A stretch of 64,000 nucleotides of DNA, taken from assembly GCA_965214935.1 (NCBI GenBank), contig CBDCCS010000015.1:1-64000 (forward strand). Direction: 5' to 3'. The translations under genes were made by a program, and so were the position numbers. Within the stretch, counting starts at the first letter, position 1. Every line of letters begins with the position of its first letter. The stretch comes from Candidatus Velthaea sp. GTDB lineage: Bacteria; Vulcanimicrobiota; Vulcanimicrobiia; Vulcanimicrobiales; Vulcanimicrobiaceae. Positions 38,818 to 47,948 of this stretch are shown here, piece by piece. The notes below the pieces were generated by a model. It was given only the letters and a program-made list of their open reading frames with translations. It did no database searches and was not told the DNA's origin.

Positions 38818-39387
38818 CTAAATCTGCGCAGCAATCTGCGCGCGCAAAAAGTCGCCGGCAGCTTCGGCTTGCGCTGCAATCAGGTTGCCGCGCGCTGGTG
38901 CAAGCCGCGCTAAATCCCAGCGCCGGTCGTCCGCGCCGGCTCCATAGTAACCGTCGACGAGTGCGACCTCGGCATGCGTTTGAATGCACGCGATACCGAT
39001 GCGATACCACCGCGCAACATATGCGCTCACCGAACACAGCGCGCTTATCTGCGAACTTGTAATCGGGTGTTTGCCGAAATCTTGCGGCGTTGCGCCGGCC
39101 ATGCAACACACCGCGATACCGACGGCGTAGCTGTTGCGCCCGGCGGTATGCGCGGCATAGTCGCCGCCGGCGGCGCCCCGGACGTCGCGCATGTTTGCGC
39201 TGATATCGTACGTTGCATGCACCTTCACATCGACGGCGCCGCTCAAACAGAAGTGGTAGGCGGCAAATACCGTTTCGTAATCTCCGGCGGTCCAATGGAG
39301 AAGAATGCTGCGGAGCGTCCCGGCGGGAAGCTCCGGCTGCCAATCACGGGCCAACCCCGGCCGGGAGAGAATGAACCGATCATGCAC
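38818..39387 (-). CDS. N-acetylmuramoyl-L-alanine amidase (Amidase_2-like)
   Basis: LHWTAG, YHF, HTAGRNSYAVGI and THAE Zn-ligand motifs; start uncertain. Confidence 0.8.
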   Translation of the reverse strand: MHDRFILSRPGLARDWQPELPAGTLRSILLHWTAGDYETVFAAYHFCLSGAVDVKVHATYDISANMRDVRGAAGGDYAAHTAGRNSYAVGIAVCCMAGATPQDFGKHPITSSQISALCSVSAYVARWYRIGIACIQTHAEVALVDGYYGAGADDRRWDLARLAPARGNLIAAQAEAAGDFLRAQIAAQI

Positions 39388-40251
39388 GAGCAGCAACCTT
39401 CGCAGCCGGACGGCGAATATCAGCCGCCCGCGCCTCGGCCGCCGGCTTCGCCCAAGAAAAGTTGGCGCAAGAACGCCGGCGGCGCCGCAGTCGGCATCGG
39501 GCTCGTTGCTGCAAAATTTAAAGCGCTGCTCGCCGTGCTGCTGTCGTTCAAATGGATCTTTCTCGGCAGTAAGTTTCTGCTCAGTTTCGGTTCGATCTTC
39601 GTTTCGATTTGGTTCTACGCGCTATTCTTCGGCTGGAAGCTGGGCGTCGTCTTCGTGCTGCTGATCCTCGTGCACGAAATGGGTCACTGGGTTGTTTTGC
39701 GCGGCTTCGGCGTACGCGTGTCGCTGCCGTATTTCATACCGGGGTTCGGCGCCTTCGTCGCTCCTAAAGGAATGACGGCCAACAACGTTCAGGACGCCGC
39801 GTCGGCTCTCGCCGGACCCGGCGTCGGGATCGTCGCGTCGGGGATCTGTCAGGCCTATGGGATTGCAACAAACAATCCGTTTTGGATCGTCGCCGCTCAC
39901 ATCGGCTACTTGCTGAATCTGATCAACTTGATTCCGGTGCTGCCGCTTGACGGCGGCCGTGTTGCCGGTTCGATCGACCCGCGCATTTGGATCCTCGGCT
40001 TGCTGCTGTGCGCCGGTTACATCGTTGTAGCCGGACTGCACGATCCGTTGCCCTGGCTCTTTCTTTTGCTCATCGGCGTGATGTCGATTCCACGCGCGAT
40101 CGCAGCTTGGCGCGGCGTCGTCGATCCGCGCGTACGGCAGACGCCGCCGTCGATTCGCGCGACGATCGCCGTCATTTACTTTGCGACGGCCGCCGTTGCA
40201 GCCGTCGGCTTATCGCACAGCAATGTGGTCGTGCCGGGTCTGCATGGATGA
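39382..40251 (+). CDS. Site-2 protease (M50) family protein
   Basis: HEMGH, AGP and NLIPVLPLDGG motifs. Confidence 0.92.
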   Translation: MHEQQPSQPDGEYQPPAPRPPASPKKSWRKNAGGAAVGIGLVAAKFKALLAVLLSFKWIFLGSKFLLSFGSIFVSIWFYALFFGWKLGVVFVLLILVHEMGHWVVLRGFGVRVSLPYFIPGFGAFVAPKGMTANNVQDAASALAGPGVGIVASGICQAYGIATNNPFWIVAAHIGYLLNLINLIPVLPLDGGRVAGSIDPRIWILGLLLCAGYIVVAGLHDPLPWLFLLLIGVMSIPRAIAAWRGVVDPRVRQTPPSIRATIAVIYFATAAVAAVGLSHSNVVVPGLHG

Positions 40252-41751
40252 GCGGTTCCGTCCAAGCTCGCGGGCCGTACGCTGCGCCGTAAACTCGCGT
40301 TCGGCGGAGTCGTCCTAAGCCTCGTTCTCGCCTTTAGCGTCTTCCGGCCGCCGTCGACGGCCGGACCGCTCGCGCGTGATTTTGAAGCCTACTACGCGGC
40401 CGGCGCGACCGTTGACGCCGGCGGCGATCCCTACTCGCGTGCGTTGTGGCTCTACGAGGCGCACATTCCCGGCGTCGTCGTAACGCGCGACGAAGTTTTG
40501 CCCTTTGTCGGTCCGGCCGCCACGCTGCCGTTCTGGGCGCTGCTGGCGCGCTGGCCGTACCGTGTTGCACTTACGATCTGGATGATTGTGCTTGCGGGCG
40601 CGTTTGCCGTCGTGGTTGCAAGCGCGCTGCGGATTGCCCGCATATCGCCTTCATTGCCGGTCAGCGCGGGTGCAAGCGCCTTTACGTTCGCCGCGGCGCC
40701 GATGTTGAGCGACATCGCGCTCGGTCAGGCAGCGTTGATCTCGGCGGCCGCTGTTGCCGCTGCGCTGCATACATATCGCGGCCGGACGGTTGGAAAGGCG
40801 ATCGTCGCGACGCTTATCGCGGCCTGGCAGCCGAACTTAGCACTGGCACTGATCGGACGCATCCGTCGGGCACGCGACGCCGTCGTCATCGGCGCCGCGG
40901 CAGTACTGTTCAGCACGCTTTCGCTGGGGGCGGGCGGCGGTTTGCGGGGACTGGAAGCGTATGTGAAACGGCTGGCCGAGCATGGCAACGCCGAACGCTT
41001 CATAACGATACAACATACGCCGGCCGCCATCGCATATGCGTTCGGCGCCGCTCCGGCGGCGGCAATGGCAGCCGGGACGGTCATTTCTCTGGTCGCCATC
41101 GCATCTGTGATAACAATGGTCGTACGCGAGCGGCTCGCGCCGACGACGGCGACGCTCGTTTGTTGCGCCGCCCTGCCGTTGGCCATTCCGTTTTTTCACG
41201 AGCACGACTTTGTGTTGGAGATCTGCCCGTTGCTCGTCCTCGCCCTGCGCGCCCGCGGGCAAGCCCGCGTCTTAACGGCGATCGCCGCCGGTTGTCTGTT
41301 GGTCGACTGGTTCGGTCTCGCGCAACGGCACGCTGCGCAAGGTCAAGTGCTGTGTTTAGGTTTTGCCGTGATGTTCGCCGCTTCGGCCCTTGCACCGGGC
41401 GCCTACCACCGACGCGCCGACCTCGCCGGTTTCGCAACGATTGCGGTCATCGCCATTTTCGCGATACCACTGGGACGATTGCATCCGGCACCAACGTGGC
41501 CCGATGCATTGCCGGCCGATTTCCATGCGTTGCCGAGCGCCGATATCAGTGAAGTTTGGTCGGCCGAAAGCCGGGCTGCCGGCCTCCTCGCTCGCGATCC
41601 GGTATGGGGCGCATTACGCGCGATTCCGTTGGCCGGCTGCATCGTGCTGACCGGCGCGCTCGTCGCCGAAACACGCGACCGCCGGCGGCGGCTGCCGGTC
41701 GACTCGGATACGCCCGACGCCGCGCCGCTCCGCTCGCCTGCAGCCGTCTAG
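40248..41751 (+). CDS. GT87/DUF2029-like membrane glycosyltransferase (GT-C fold); start uncertain
   Basis: RDFEAYYAAG...DPY, PFVGP, LGQ and FFHEHD motifs. The frame is open from 40252; the ATG at 40248 is out of frame by one base. Confidence 0.75.
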
Positions 41752-41769
41752 CCGTGCCCGGTAACCGAT

Positions 41770-43422
41770 CTAAATGTCGACGCCGAGCATGTCGTCAAAC
41801 GGCGTAATTTTATTCGGATGCCAACCGGTCAGATCGGTATTATAGCTAAAGACATCGCCGCGAATCCACAGAACGATCTCCGGTACGTCGGCGATGATTC
41901 GGCTTTGCGCCGCGGCAAGAATCCGCCGCCGGCCCGCTTCATCGTAGGCCGCTTTTGCCGCATCGAGCAGTACTTGCGTGCGCGGATTGCAGTAGTGCAC
42001 GTCGTTCTGTCCGGTCGGCGGCATCTGATTGCAGCCGTGGGTTGCCGAAAGATCGCCGTCCGGCGTCAATTGCCAGGCGAAGAAAATCATGTCGAACTTT
42101 CCCGCGTACATGATCCCGCCTTGTTGATACGGCCCAAACATGACCGTCGGCGCGTAATGCCGGACGTTGACTTGCGCACCGATCGATTGCCATGTCACGC
42201 GCATGAGTTCGACGGCCTGATCGTCGTCCGGCTGTCCGGTCGTCAACGCAAGGTCGAAGGCCAGCCGCTGACCGTTCTTTGCTCGGATGCCGTCGACGCT
42301 CCGATGCCACCCGGCGGCGTCGAGCAGCGCATTGGCCCTGCGCGGATCGAACGCGGTGCGCGGGAGCGCCGTAAACAGCGGACTTGCGGGCGTAATCATC
42401 CCGTCTTGCACGAGGCCGAGATCGTGCTGGGTTTTGGCCGAGATCGTCGGCCGGTCGATCGCATAACGCAGCGCTTCGCGTACCGCTTTGTCGTGAAAGA
42501 TCGGTCGCGTAAGATTAAAATCAAGGTGGTCGTAAAAATAACCCGGCCAATGAACGGTCTTGATCGCCGGCCGTGCAGTGACGCGGCTATAATATCCCAA
42601 GCCGACGAGCGGCCACAGATCGACTTCGCCGGTCTCGATTTGCGTAAGCAGCGTATTGCGATCGGGAATGAATTTGTAAATGATCGTTTTTAATTTCGGC
42701 GGGCCGCGCCAATAGTATGGATTCGCCTCGAGTGCAACGTGATCTCCACGCACCCATTCCACATAACGAAACGGCCCGATTCCCACGGGTTTGTTATTGT
42801 ACTCTGCGGTATTGATATTGGCGAGCGTCCCGAGCAAGTGTTTGGGTAAGATGCACGGATTCGCGCCGGCCGAACCAAAGAACGTCGGCAGAAAGCCCGA
42901 ATACGGTCGCCGCAAATGATAGACGACCGTGTACTTGTCGGGTTCATCGATTTTCGAGATCAAATCAAAGCCGTCACGGCCAACGACATTATTTTGCGGA
43001 TTGAGAACGGCGCGCGTCGAAAAAACCAGATCGTCGGCATCGAACGCGGCACCGTCCGACCAGCGAACGCCTTTGCGCAAATGCCACGTGATCGTCAGCC
43101 CGTCACGGCTGATGAGATGATTTCGCTGCGACGGCACCTCGGTCGCAAGCTCCGGAACCGGCCGGCTGTCGGGTCCGTAACGCACGAGATACGCCATCGT
43201 CATCGAAGACATGTAACCCAGCGACGCATACGCGGCAAGATATGGATTGAGCGATGAAATGTCGAGCGTGTCGCCGATGCGTAAGGTGTGCGGTATGGTC
43301 GACGGGTGACGTGCGGTCGCACCGCTCGACCGGGAGGCCGCGGGCGCATTTCCGTCACTAGCTTTCGTACAAGCATTCAATAACACGACTGCGACGATGA
43401 GACAGAAAAGGCGGCGAGTCAC
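41770..43422 (-). CDS. Peptide/nickel ABC substrate-binding lipoprotein (family 5)
   Basis: Lipobox LNAC; PELATEVP, WSDG, GIGPF and VREALRYAIDR motifs. Confidence 0.93.
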   Translation of the reverse strand: MTRRLFCLIVAVVLLNACTKASDGNAPAASRSSGATARHPSTIPHTLRIGDTLDISSLNPYLAAYASLGYMSSMTMAYLVRYGPDSRPVPELATEVPSQRNHLISRDGLTITWHLRKGVRWSDGAAFDADDLVFSTRAVLNPQNNVVGRDGFDLISKIDEPDKYTVVYHLRRPYSGFLPTFFGSAGANPCILPKHLLGTLANINTAEYNNKPVGIGPFRYVEWVRGDHVALEANPYYWRGPPKLKTIIYKFIPDRNTLLTQIETGEVDLWPLVGLGYYSRVTARPAIKTVHWPGYFYDHLDFNLTRPIFHDKAVREALRYAIDRPTISAKTQHDLGLVQDGMITPASPLFTALPRTAFDPRRANALLDAAGWHRSVDGIRAKNGQRLAFDLALTTGQPDDDQAVELMRVTWQSIGAQVNVRHYAPTVMFGPYQQGGIMYAGKFDMIFFAWQLTPDGDLSATHGCNQMPPTGQNDVHYCNPRTQVLLDAAKAAYDEAGRRRILAAAQSRIIADVPEIVLWIRGDVFSYNTDLTGWHPNKITPFDDMLGVDI

Positions 43423-43524
43423 ACGCGCCTTCCGACCGGCCGCGCCGACGGCGACAGTGTCGATGCCGGCACGGCGTTGGCACCGTCGGATGCTCGCGCC
43501 GCAAAGCGCCGTGCGGAGTCGGCG

Positions 43525-45177
43525 CTAGATATCAACGTTGAGAAAGTCATCGAACGCCGTTACCTGATTGGGCTTAAAATTGCGCAGATCGCTGTTGAAA
43601 GCGAAGGTATCCTTACGTATTTCGATGACGACGGTTGCGACGTCGCGGACCATCTGCTCCTGCGCCGATTGCGCGGCGGCGCGCTGTTCGCCGACGTCAT
43701 ACGTCGCTAGAAAGCGGGTCATCGCCCGATCGACTGCCGCATTGCAATAGCGCTCGTAGTTTTGGCCTTTCGGCGGGGACCGCTCGCAACTATAGATGTT
43801 GCGAAAGTCACCGTTCGGGTTATCGTACCAGGCAAAATTGGTGATGTCGTATTTGCCGCTTGCTATGATACCGCCGGTTTGCATCGGCGCAAAGAACGTC
43901 GACGACGGGTAATGCTGGACGTTGAATGCGGCACCGATTTGCTGCCAGCCCGCCCGGATGATTTCAATCTGTTGATCCGTATCCGGAAGCCCCGCGCCGG
44001 TCGCATAGGTGAACTCGAGCCGCTTTCCGCCTTTCGTGCGAACGCCGTCGGCACCGCGTACCCAGCCGTCACGGTCCAACAGCCGATTTGCCGCCGGGAT
44101 GTCGAAGGCGATCGGTCGGAGCCGCGAATCGAAGTAGGGGTGGGTCGGCGCCATGATGCCTTCTTGCAAAATGCCGTTACCGTGGCGGATCTTTGCGAGA
44201 ATCGTCGGCCGGTCGATCGCCGCGCGCAAAGCTTGGCGCACCACCGCATCGTCCAGCGGCGGATGAGTGAAGTTGAAATCGATATGATCGTACAGATAAC
44301 TGGGCTGCTGGAGGACGGCGACGCCCGGCAGTTCCTTCACGCGGTCGGCATAGGCCGGTGAGACCGGCAGCCAGAGATCGATCTCGTGCGTCGTCAACTG
44401 GGTCAAGACCGTGTTGCGATCGGGAATGAGCTTAAAAGTAACGCGGTCGAGTTTCGCTTGTCCGCCGAAATAGAGCGGATCGCGAACCATCTCGACCGCG
44501 TCGTTGCGGCGCCAGGCAACGTATTTAAATGGTCCGATGCCGACCGGCAGATCGTTGTAGGCCGCGGTATTGATCTTCGTCGAATCAAACTTGTGCTTCG
44601 GAAGCAGACACGGATTTGCGCCGGCTGACGAGAAGAAGTTGAGGTAGTAGCCGCTGTATGGCCGGCGCAAGTGAAAGACGGCGGTCGTTGCATCGGGTGT
44701 ATCGAGCGCAGTTACATCATCGAAGCCTTCATGCGTTTGCTCATTGTTTTCCGAATCTTGAACGACGGCAACGGAAAATTTGACGTCGGCACTCGTGAAC
44801 GGGACGCCGTCGGACCACCGCGCATCGCGCCGCAAATGATAAGTGATCGTTTTTCCGTCGGCCGAAATCCCGCCGTTAGCGCGCGTCGGTACCATCAAGG
44901 CAAGTTCGGGCCGCGGCTTATTTGCGCGATCGTATTTGAGTAGGAACGCCATGGTCAGCGACGACATGTAACCCAGCGTCCCTTGGGCGTTGAGATGCGG
45001 ATTGAGGCCGACGATGTCCTCGGCGGTCGCATAGCGCAAAACATGCGGCATGGTGTATGGATGCCGAGCAGGCTCCGCCGCCGACATCGGCACCGCGGCC
45101 GACAACACAAGTGCAGCCGCAGCAAGGGCTTTGACGGCTCGTCGCGCGATGGACGCAGCTACAGGGAGTATTGCCAC
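43525..45177 (-). CDS. Peptide/nickel ABC substrate-binding protein (family 5)
   Basis: Sec signal; WSDGVPFT, GIGPF and VRQALRAAIDR motifs. Start is GTG 45177 or GTA 45162. Confidence 0.92.
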   Translation of the reverse strand: MAILPVAASIARRAVKALAAAALVLSAAVPMSAAEPARHPYTMPHVLRYATAEDIVGLNPHLNAQGTLGYMSSLTMAFLLKYDRANKPRPELALMVPTRANGGISADGKTITYHLRRDARWSDGVPFTSADVKFSVAVVQDSENNEQTHEGFDDVTALDTPDATTAVFHLRRPYSGYYLNFFSSAGANPCLLPKHKFDSTKINTAAYNDLPVGIGPFKYVAWRRNDAVEMVRDPLYFGGQAKLDRVTFKLIPDRNTVLTQLTTHEIDLWLPVSPAYADRVKELPGVAVLQQPSYLYDHIDFNFTHPPLDDAVVRQALRAAIDRPTILAKIRHGNGILQEGIMAPTHPYFDSRLRPIAFDIPAANRLLDRDGWVRGADGVRTKGGKRLEFTYATGAGLPDTDQQIEIIRAGWQQIGAAFNVQHYPSSTFFAPMQTGGIIASGKYDITNFAWYDNPNGDFRNIYSCERSPPKGQNYERYCNAAVDRAMTRFLATYDVGEQRAAAQSAQEQMVRDVATVVIEIRKDTFAFNSDLRNFKPNQVTAFDDFLNVDI

Positions 45178-46811
45178 GGGTTCCAAAACGGCGTCGTGAT
45201 CACCGGTGTTGCGGTGAAATTGTGCAGCGCTGAAGGATACGTTATCACGTCTTTGCGGAACCAAAGAATGATCGATGGATCGTCTTTGGTAAACTCATAT
45301 TGGACGATTGCGTAGTCCGCAATACGTTTACGTTGGTCGATCGTCGCATTGGCATCGTCCATCGCCTTGTCGGCGATCGGGTTGCTCCAGAACAAATTGT
45401 TCTGTCCGTGCGGAGAAAAGTTGTGGCCGGATAGCGAAGCACTCGTATCGATATCTGCCGCCGCAACCCAAGCGAAATCGGCTACGTCGTAATGCCCGCC
45501 TTGTAAGACACCCGCCGACGTGTTGTCGAAGAATGACGACGTCGGATAGTTCTTCACCACCGCCTGTGCGCCGACAGTCCGCCAATAGGTGAGAAATTGC
45601 TCCTCGTATGCACGTCCGGCGGTTGACTCGATTTGCGTCGATATTTGGAAGGTTAAGCGCTGACCGTCTTTCACTCGCACGCCGTCGGGACCGAGATGCC
45701 AACCGGCTTCGTCGAGCAATGCTTTCGCCTTGCCGACATTGTAAGGATAACGCATCAGGTGCGACGTCTGCGCGGACGGAAACAGCGTCGGGTCGAGAAA
45801 GGTATCGCTTAATTCTCCGAGATTATGGCGCAGCTTTCTCAACAGCGTCGGACGATCGATCGCGTACGTGAGTGCACGCCGCACGCGCACATCACGAAAA
45901 ATCGGCCGCCGAAGGTTAAAGTCGATATGATCGTACGTGTAGATAACCGGTGTGATGGTCGTTGCACCCGGAATCTGTTTAACCGTCGCCAATGATTCGG
46001 CTTGCTGGTTCCAAGCGAGATCGATTTCATGCGTCTGCAATTGAGTCGTCAGCGTATTTTGATCGGGAATGATTTTATAAACGATCTCGGCAATTTTGGG
46101 GGCACCGAGAAAATAGTCGGGATTCGCAGCGAGCCGGACTTCACTGCCGCGGGTCCACGAGACGAATTTGTACGGGCCGCTACCGACCGGCGCCGCATTA
46201 TAGGCAGCCGTATTGAGGCTACCCTTGTTATCGTTGAGTTTGCCCAGAATGTGCTCGGGCATGATTGGACCGTTTCCGTTAACCGCCCACAACTGCTGTA
46301 AATACGGCGCATAAACGCGTTTAAGATGAACGACGGCAACGTACGGATCGCGGCAATCGACATCGTGAATGTCCGTCCAGCCCTCGGTCGTGTTGACGTT
46401 ATTTTTCGGATTGACCATCACTTGCCACGTAAAGCGCAAGTCGCGACACGTGAGTTCGACGCCGTCGTGCCACTTGATGCCGTGACGAAGTTTGTACTTG
46501 AGCGTCAGGCCGTCGGGGCTGACATCACCGTTCGCCGGCGTTGGTACCTCCGTTACCGCATCGGGTACCGGGTGCGCATGATCGTCATACCGGACGGTGT
46601 ATGAATATAGCATTGCGGAAAGTTCGAGTACCGGACTCGCCGACGCAAACGCAGGATTAAGGTTCTTCGGATCGGACGCCGTTGCGATGACGAGCCGATT
46701 CGGATGGGTTCCGCCGGCCGGGCTGCTCGACGTTCCGGAGTCACTGACTTTGGTGCATGCCGTAAAGGCGAGCGCCGCACATGCGCTCGCAACAAAACGG
46801 CGAAAGCTCAA
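45159..46811 (-). CDS. Peptide/nickel ABC substrate-binding lipoprotein (family 5)
   Basis: TTGA overlap start; lipobox FTAC; WHDG, GSGPY and VRRALTYAIDR motifs. Confidence 0.93.
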   Translation of the reverse strand: MSFRRFVASACAALAFTACTKVSDSGTSSSPAGGTHPNRLVIATASDPKNLNPAFASASPVLELSAMLYSYTVRYDDHAHPVPDAVTEVPTPANGDVSPDGLTLKYKLRHGIKWHDGVELTCRDLRFTWQVMVNPKNNVNTTEGWTDIHDVDCRDPYVAVVHLKRVYAPYLQQLWAVNGNGPIMPEHILGKLNDNKGSLNTAAYNAAPVGSGPYKFVSWTRGSEVRLAANPDYFLGAPKIAEIVYKIIPDQNTLTTQLQTHEIDLAWNQQAESLATVKQIPGATTITPVIYTYDHIDFNLRRPIFRDVRVRRALTYAIDRPTLLRKLRHNLGELSDTFLDPTLFPSAQTSHLMRYPYNVGKAKALLDEAGWHLGPDGVRVKDGQRLTFQISTQIESTAGRAYEEQFLTYWRTVGAQAVVKNYPTSSFFDNTSAGVLQGGHYDVADFAWVAAADIDTSASLSGHNFSPHGQNNLFWSNPIADKAMDDANATIDQRKRIADYAIVQYEFTKDDPSIILWFRKDVITYPSALHNFTATPVITTPFWNPWQYSL

Positions 46812-47935
46812 CGCATCGACTCCGGATCGAGCCCGTTCTGCGCGCAGAACGCCGCGTAGGCAACCGGAGAAATTTCCGAAGGCTTGATCTCGCTGCGGCC
46901 GCCCCAAAAAACGTTGGTGTAGCCGAGAGTGATACCCGCGTCGTTCAGATGCTCGTCGATTGCGGCTTTGTGCGCGAGTACGGCGTCCTTGTCGGTGCCG
47001 TGTGCGACGCCCATGACATTCACGTTGCGGAACTCCGGACCGCCTTCGCGCCAGTATGCATGCGTCATGATGTGATGCCGTCCGACTTCGCGCCCGGCGT
47101 CGAGTTCACGCCCCGCCGGCACGGCCCAATGAAAGAGTGCATTGTAGCGCGTCACCCGCTCGCCGCTCTCTTTATTCGGCTTAACGTGTTCGAGAAACGT
47201 CGAGAAGCGGCCGATCACGCGGCGTTCGTTGAGTGCTTTTCCAACCCGCTCGAATTCGTCGAGCGAAACGCCCGCCTCGGCGGCGCGTGCGCGCCACAAA
47301 TCGCGAACCAGTTCTTGCGGCTCGAATTCACGTTTGATCGCCGTCAGAACGCGCCACTCGAGCTCGTTGAGTTCGACGATATTGGTATCGAGGACGTCGG
47401 CAAGTTCAGCGGCCCGCGATCCGGGTTCCATGCCGCGCCGCCGCACGTGACCGACACCCAGTGCGAACAGACGTTTCGCCGGCATCATCCGGTAATGTTC
47501 GGCGCCGATTCGCGCGGCCAAGAAGTCGCCGTGTTTCTGCATCGAAAAGCCCTGCGGCACTTTGAGCGTCGTCCACAGCCGATAGTTCGAACCAGGCGTC
47601 GCTGCATCGGTCGTTCGGATGACGACATGGCCGGAAAACGGATCGCGTTCGAAGAGGTACTCGAATGCGTCGTTGAGCCGGTCGGCCGGTACCTGCCACG
47701 CGACAAGCGCGCCTTGGGCAAGATTCGTTGCCATGAGCGTCTGCCGGACGCGCCGGATCGTGCCGGCGCGTAACATCGCAACGACGCGTTCGAGCACCGT
47801 CTCGACGTCGATTCCGGCGCTTTCGGCAACCGAACCGAACGGGTCGAGTTGAAAGCCGGCTAACCGATCTTCGCTTATTGCAAGAATAGAGGCGTTAACC
47901 GGATCGTCGATCCAAACCGGAAGTGTACTGGTCAT
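46808..47935 (-). CDS. Fused two-module Lrp/AsnC-fold protein; AhbA-AhbB/NirDL-like siroheme decarboxylase candidate
   Basis: Two HTH plus alpha/beta modules: PF..VAE.AG...G.IRR, LVAWQVP, GHVVIR; then NALFHWAVP, THAYWR, MGVAHG. Confidence 0.7.
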   Translation of the reverse strand: MTSTLPVWIDDPVNASILAISEDRLAGFQLDPFGSVAESAGIDVETVLERVVAMLRAGTIRRVRQTLMATNLAQGALVAWQVPADRLNDAFEYLFERDPFSGHVVIRTTDAATPGSNYRLWTTLKVPQGFSMQKHGDFLAARIGAEHYRMMPAKRLFALGVGHVRRRGMEPGSRAAELADVLDTNIVELNELEWRVLTAIKREFEPQELVRDLWRARAAEAGVSLDEFERVGKALNERRVIGRFSTFLEHVKPNKESGERVTRYNALFHWAVPAGRELDAGREVGRHHIMTHAYWREGGPEFRNVNVMGVAHGTDKDAVLAHKAAIDEHLNDAGITLGYTNVFWGGRSEIKPSEISPVAYAAFCAQNGLDPESMR

Positions 47936-47948
47936 ATCACCGGAGGCT

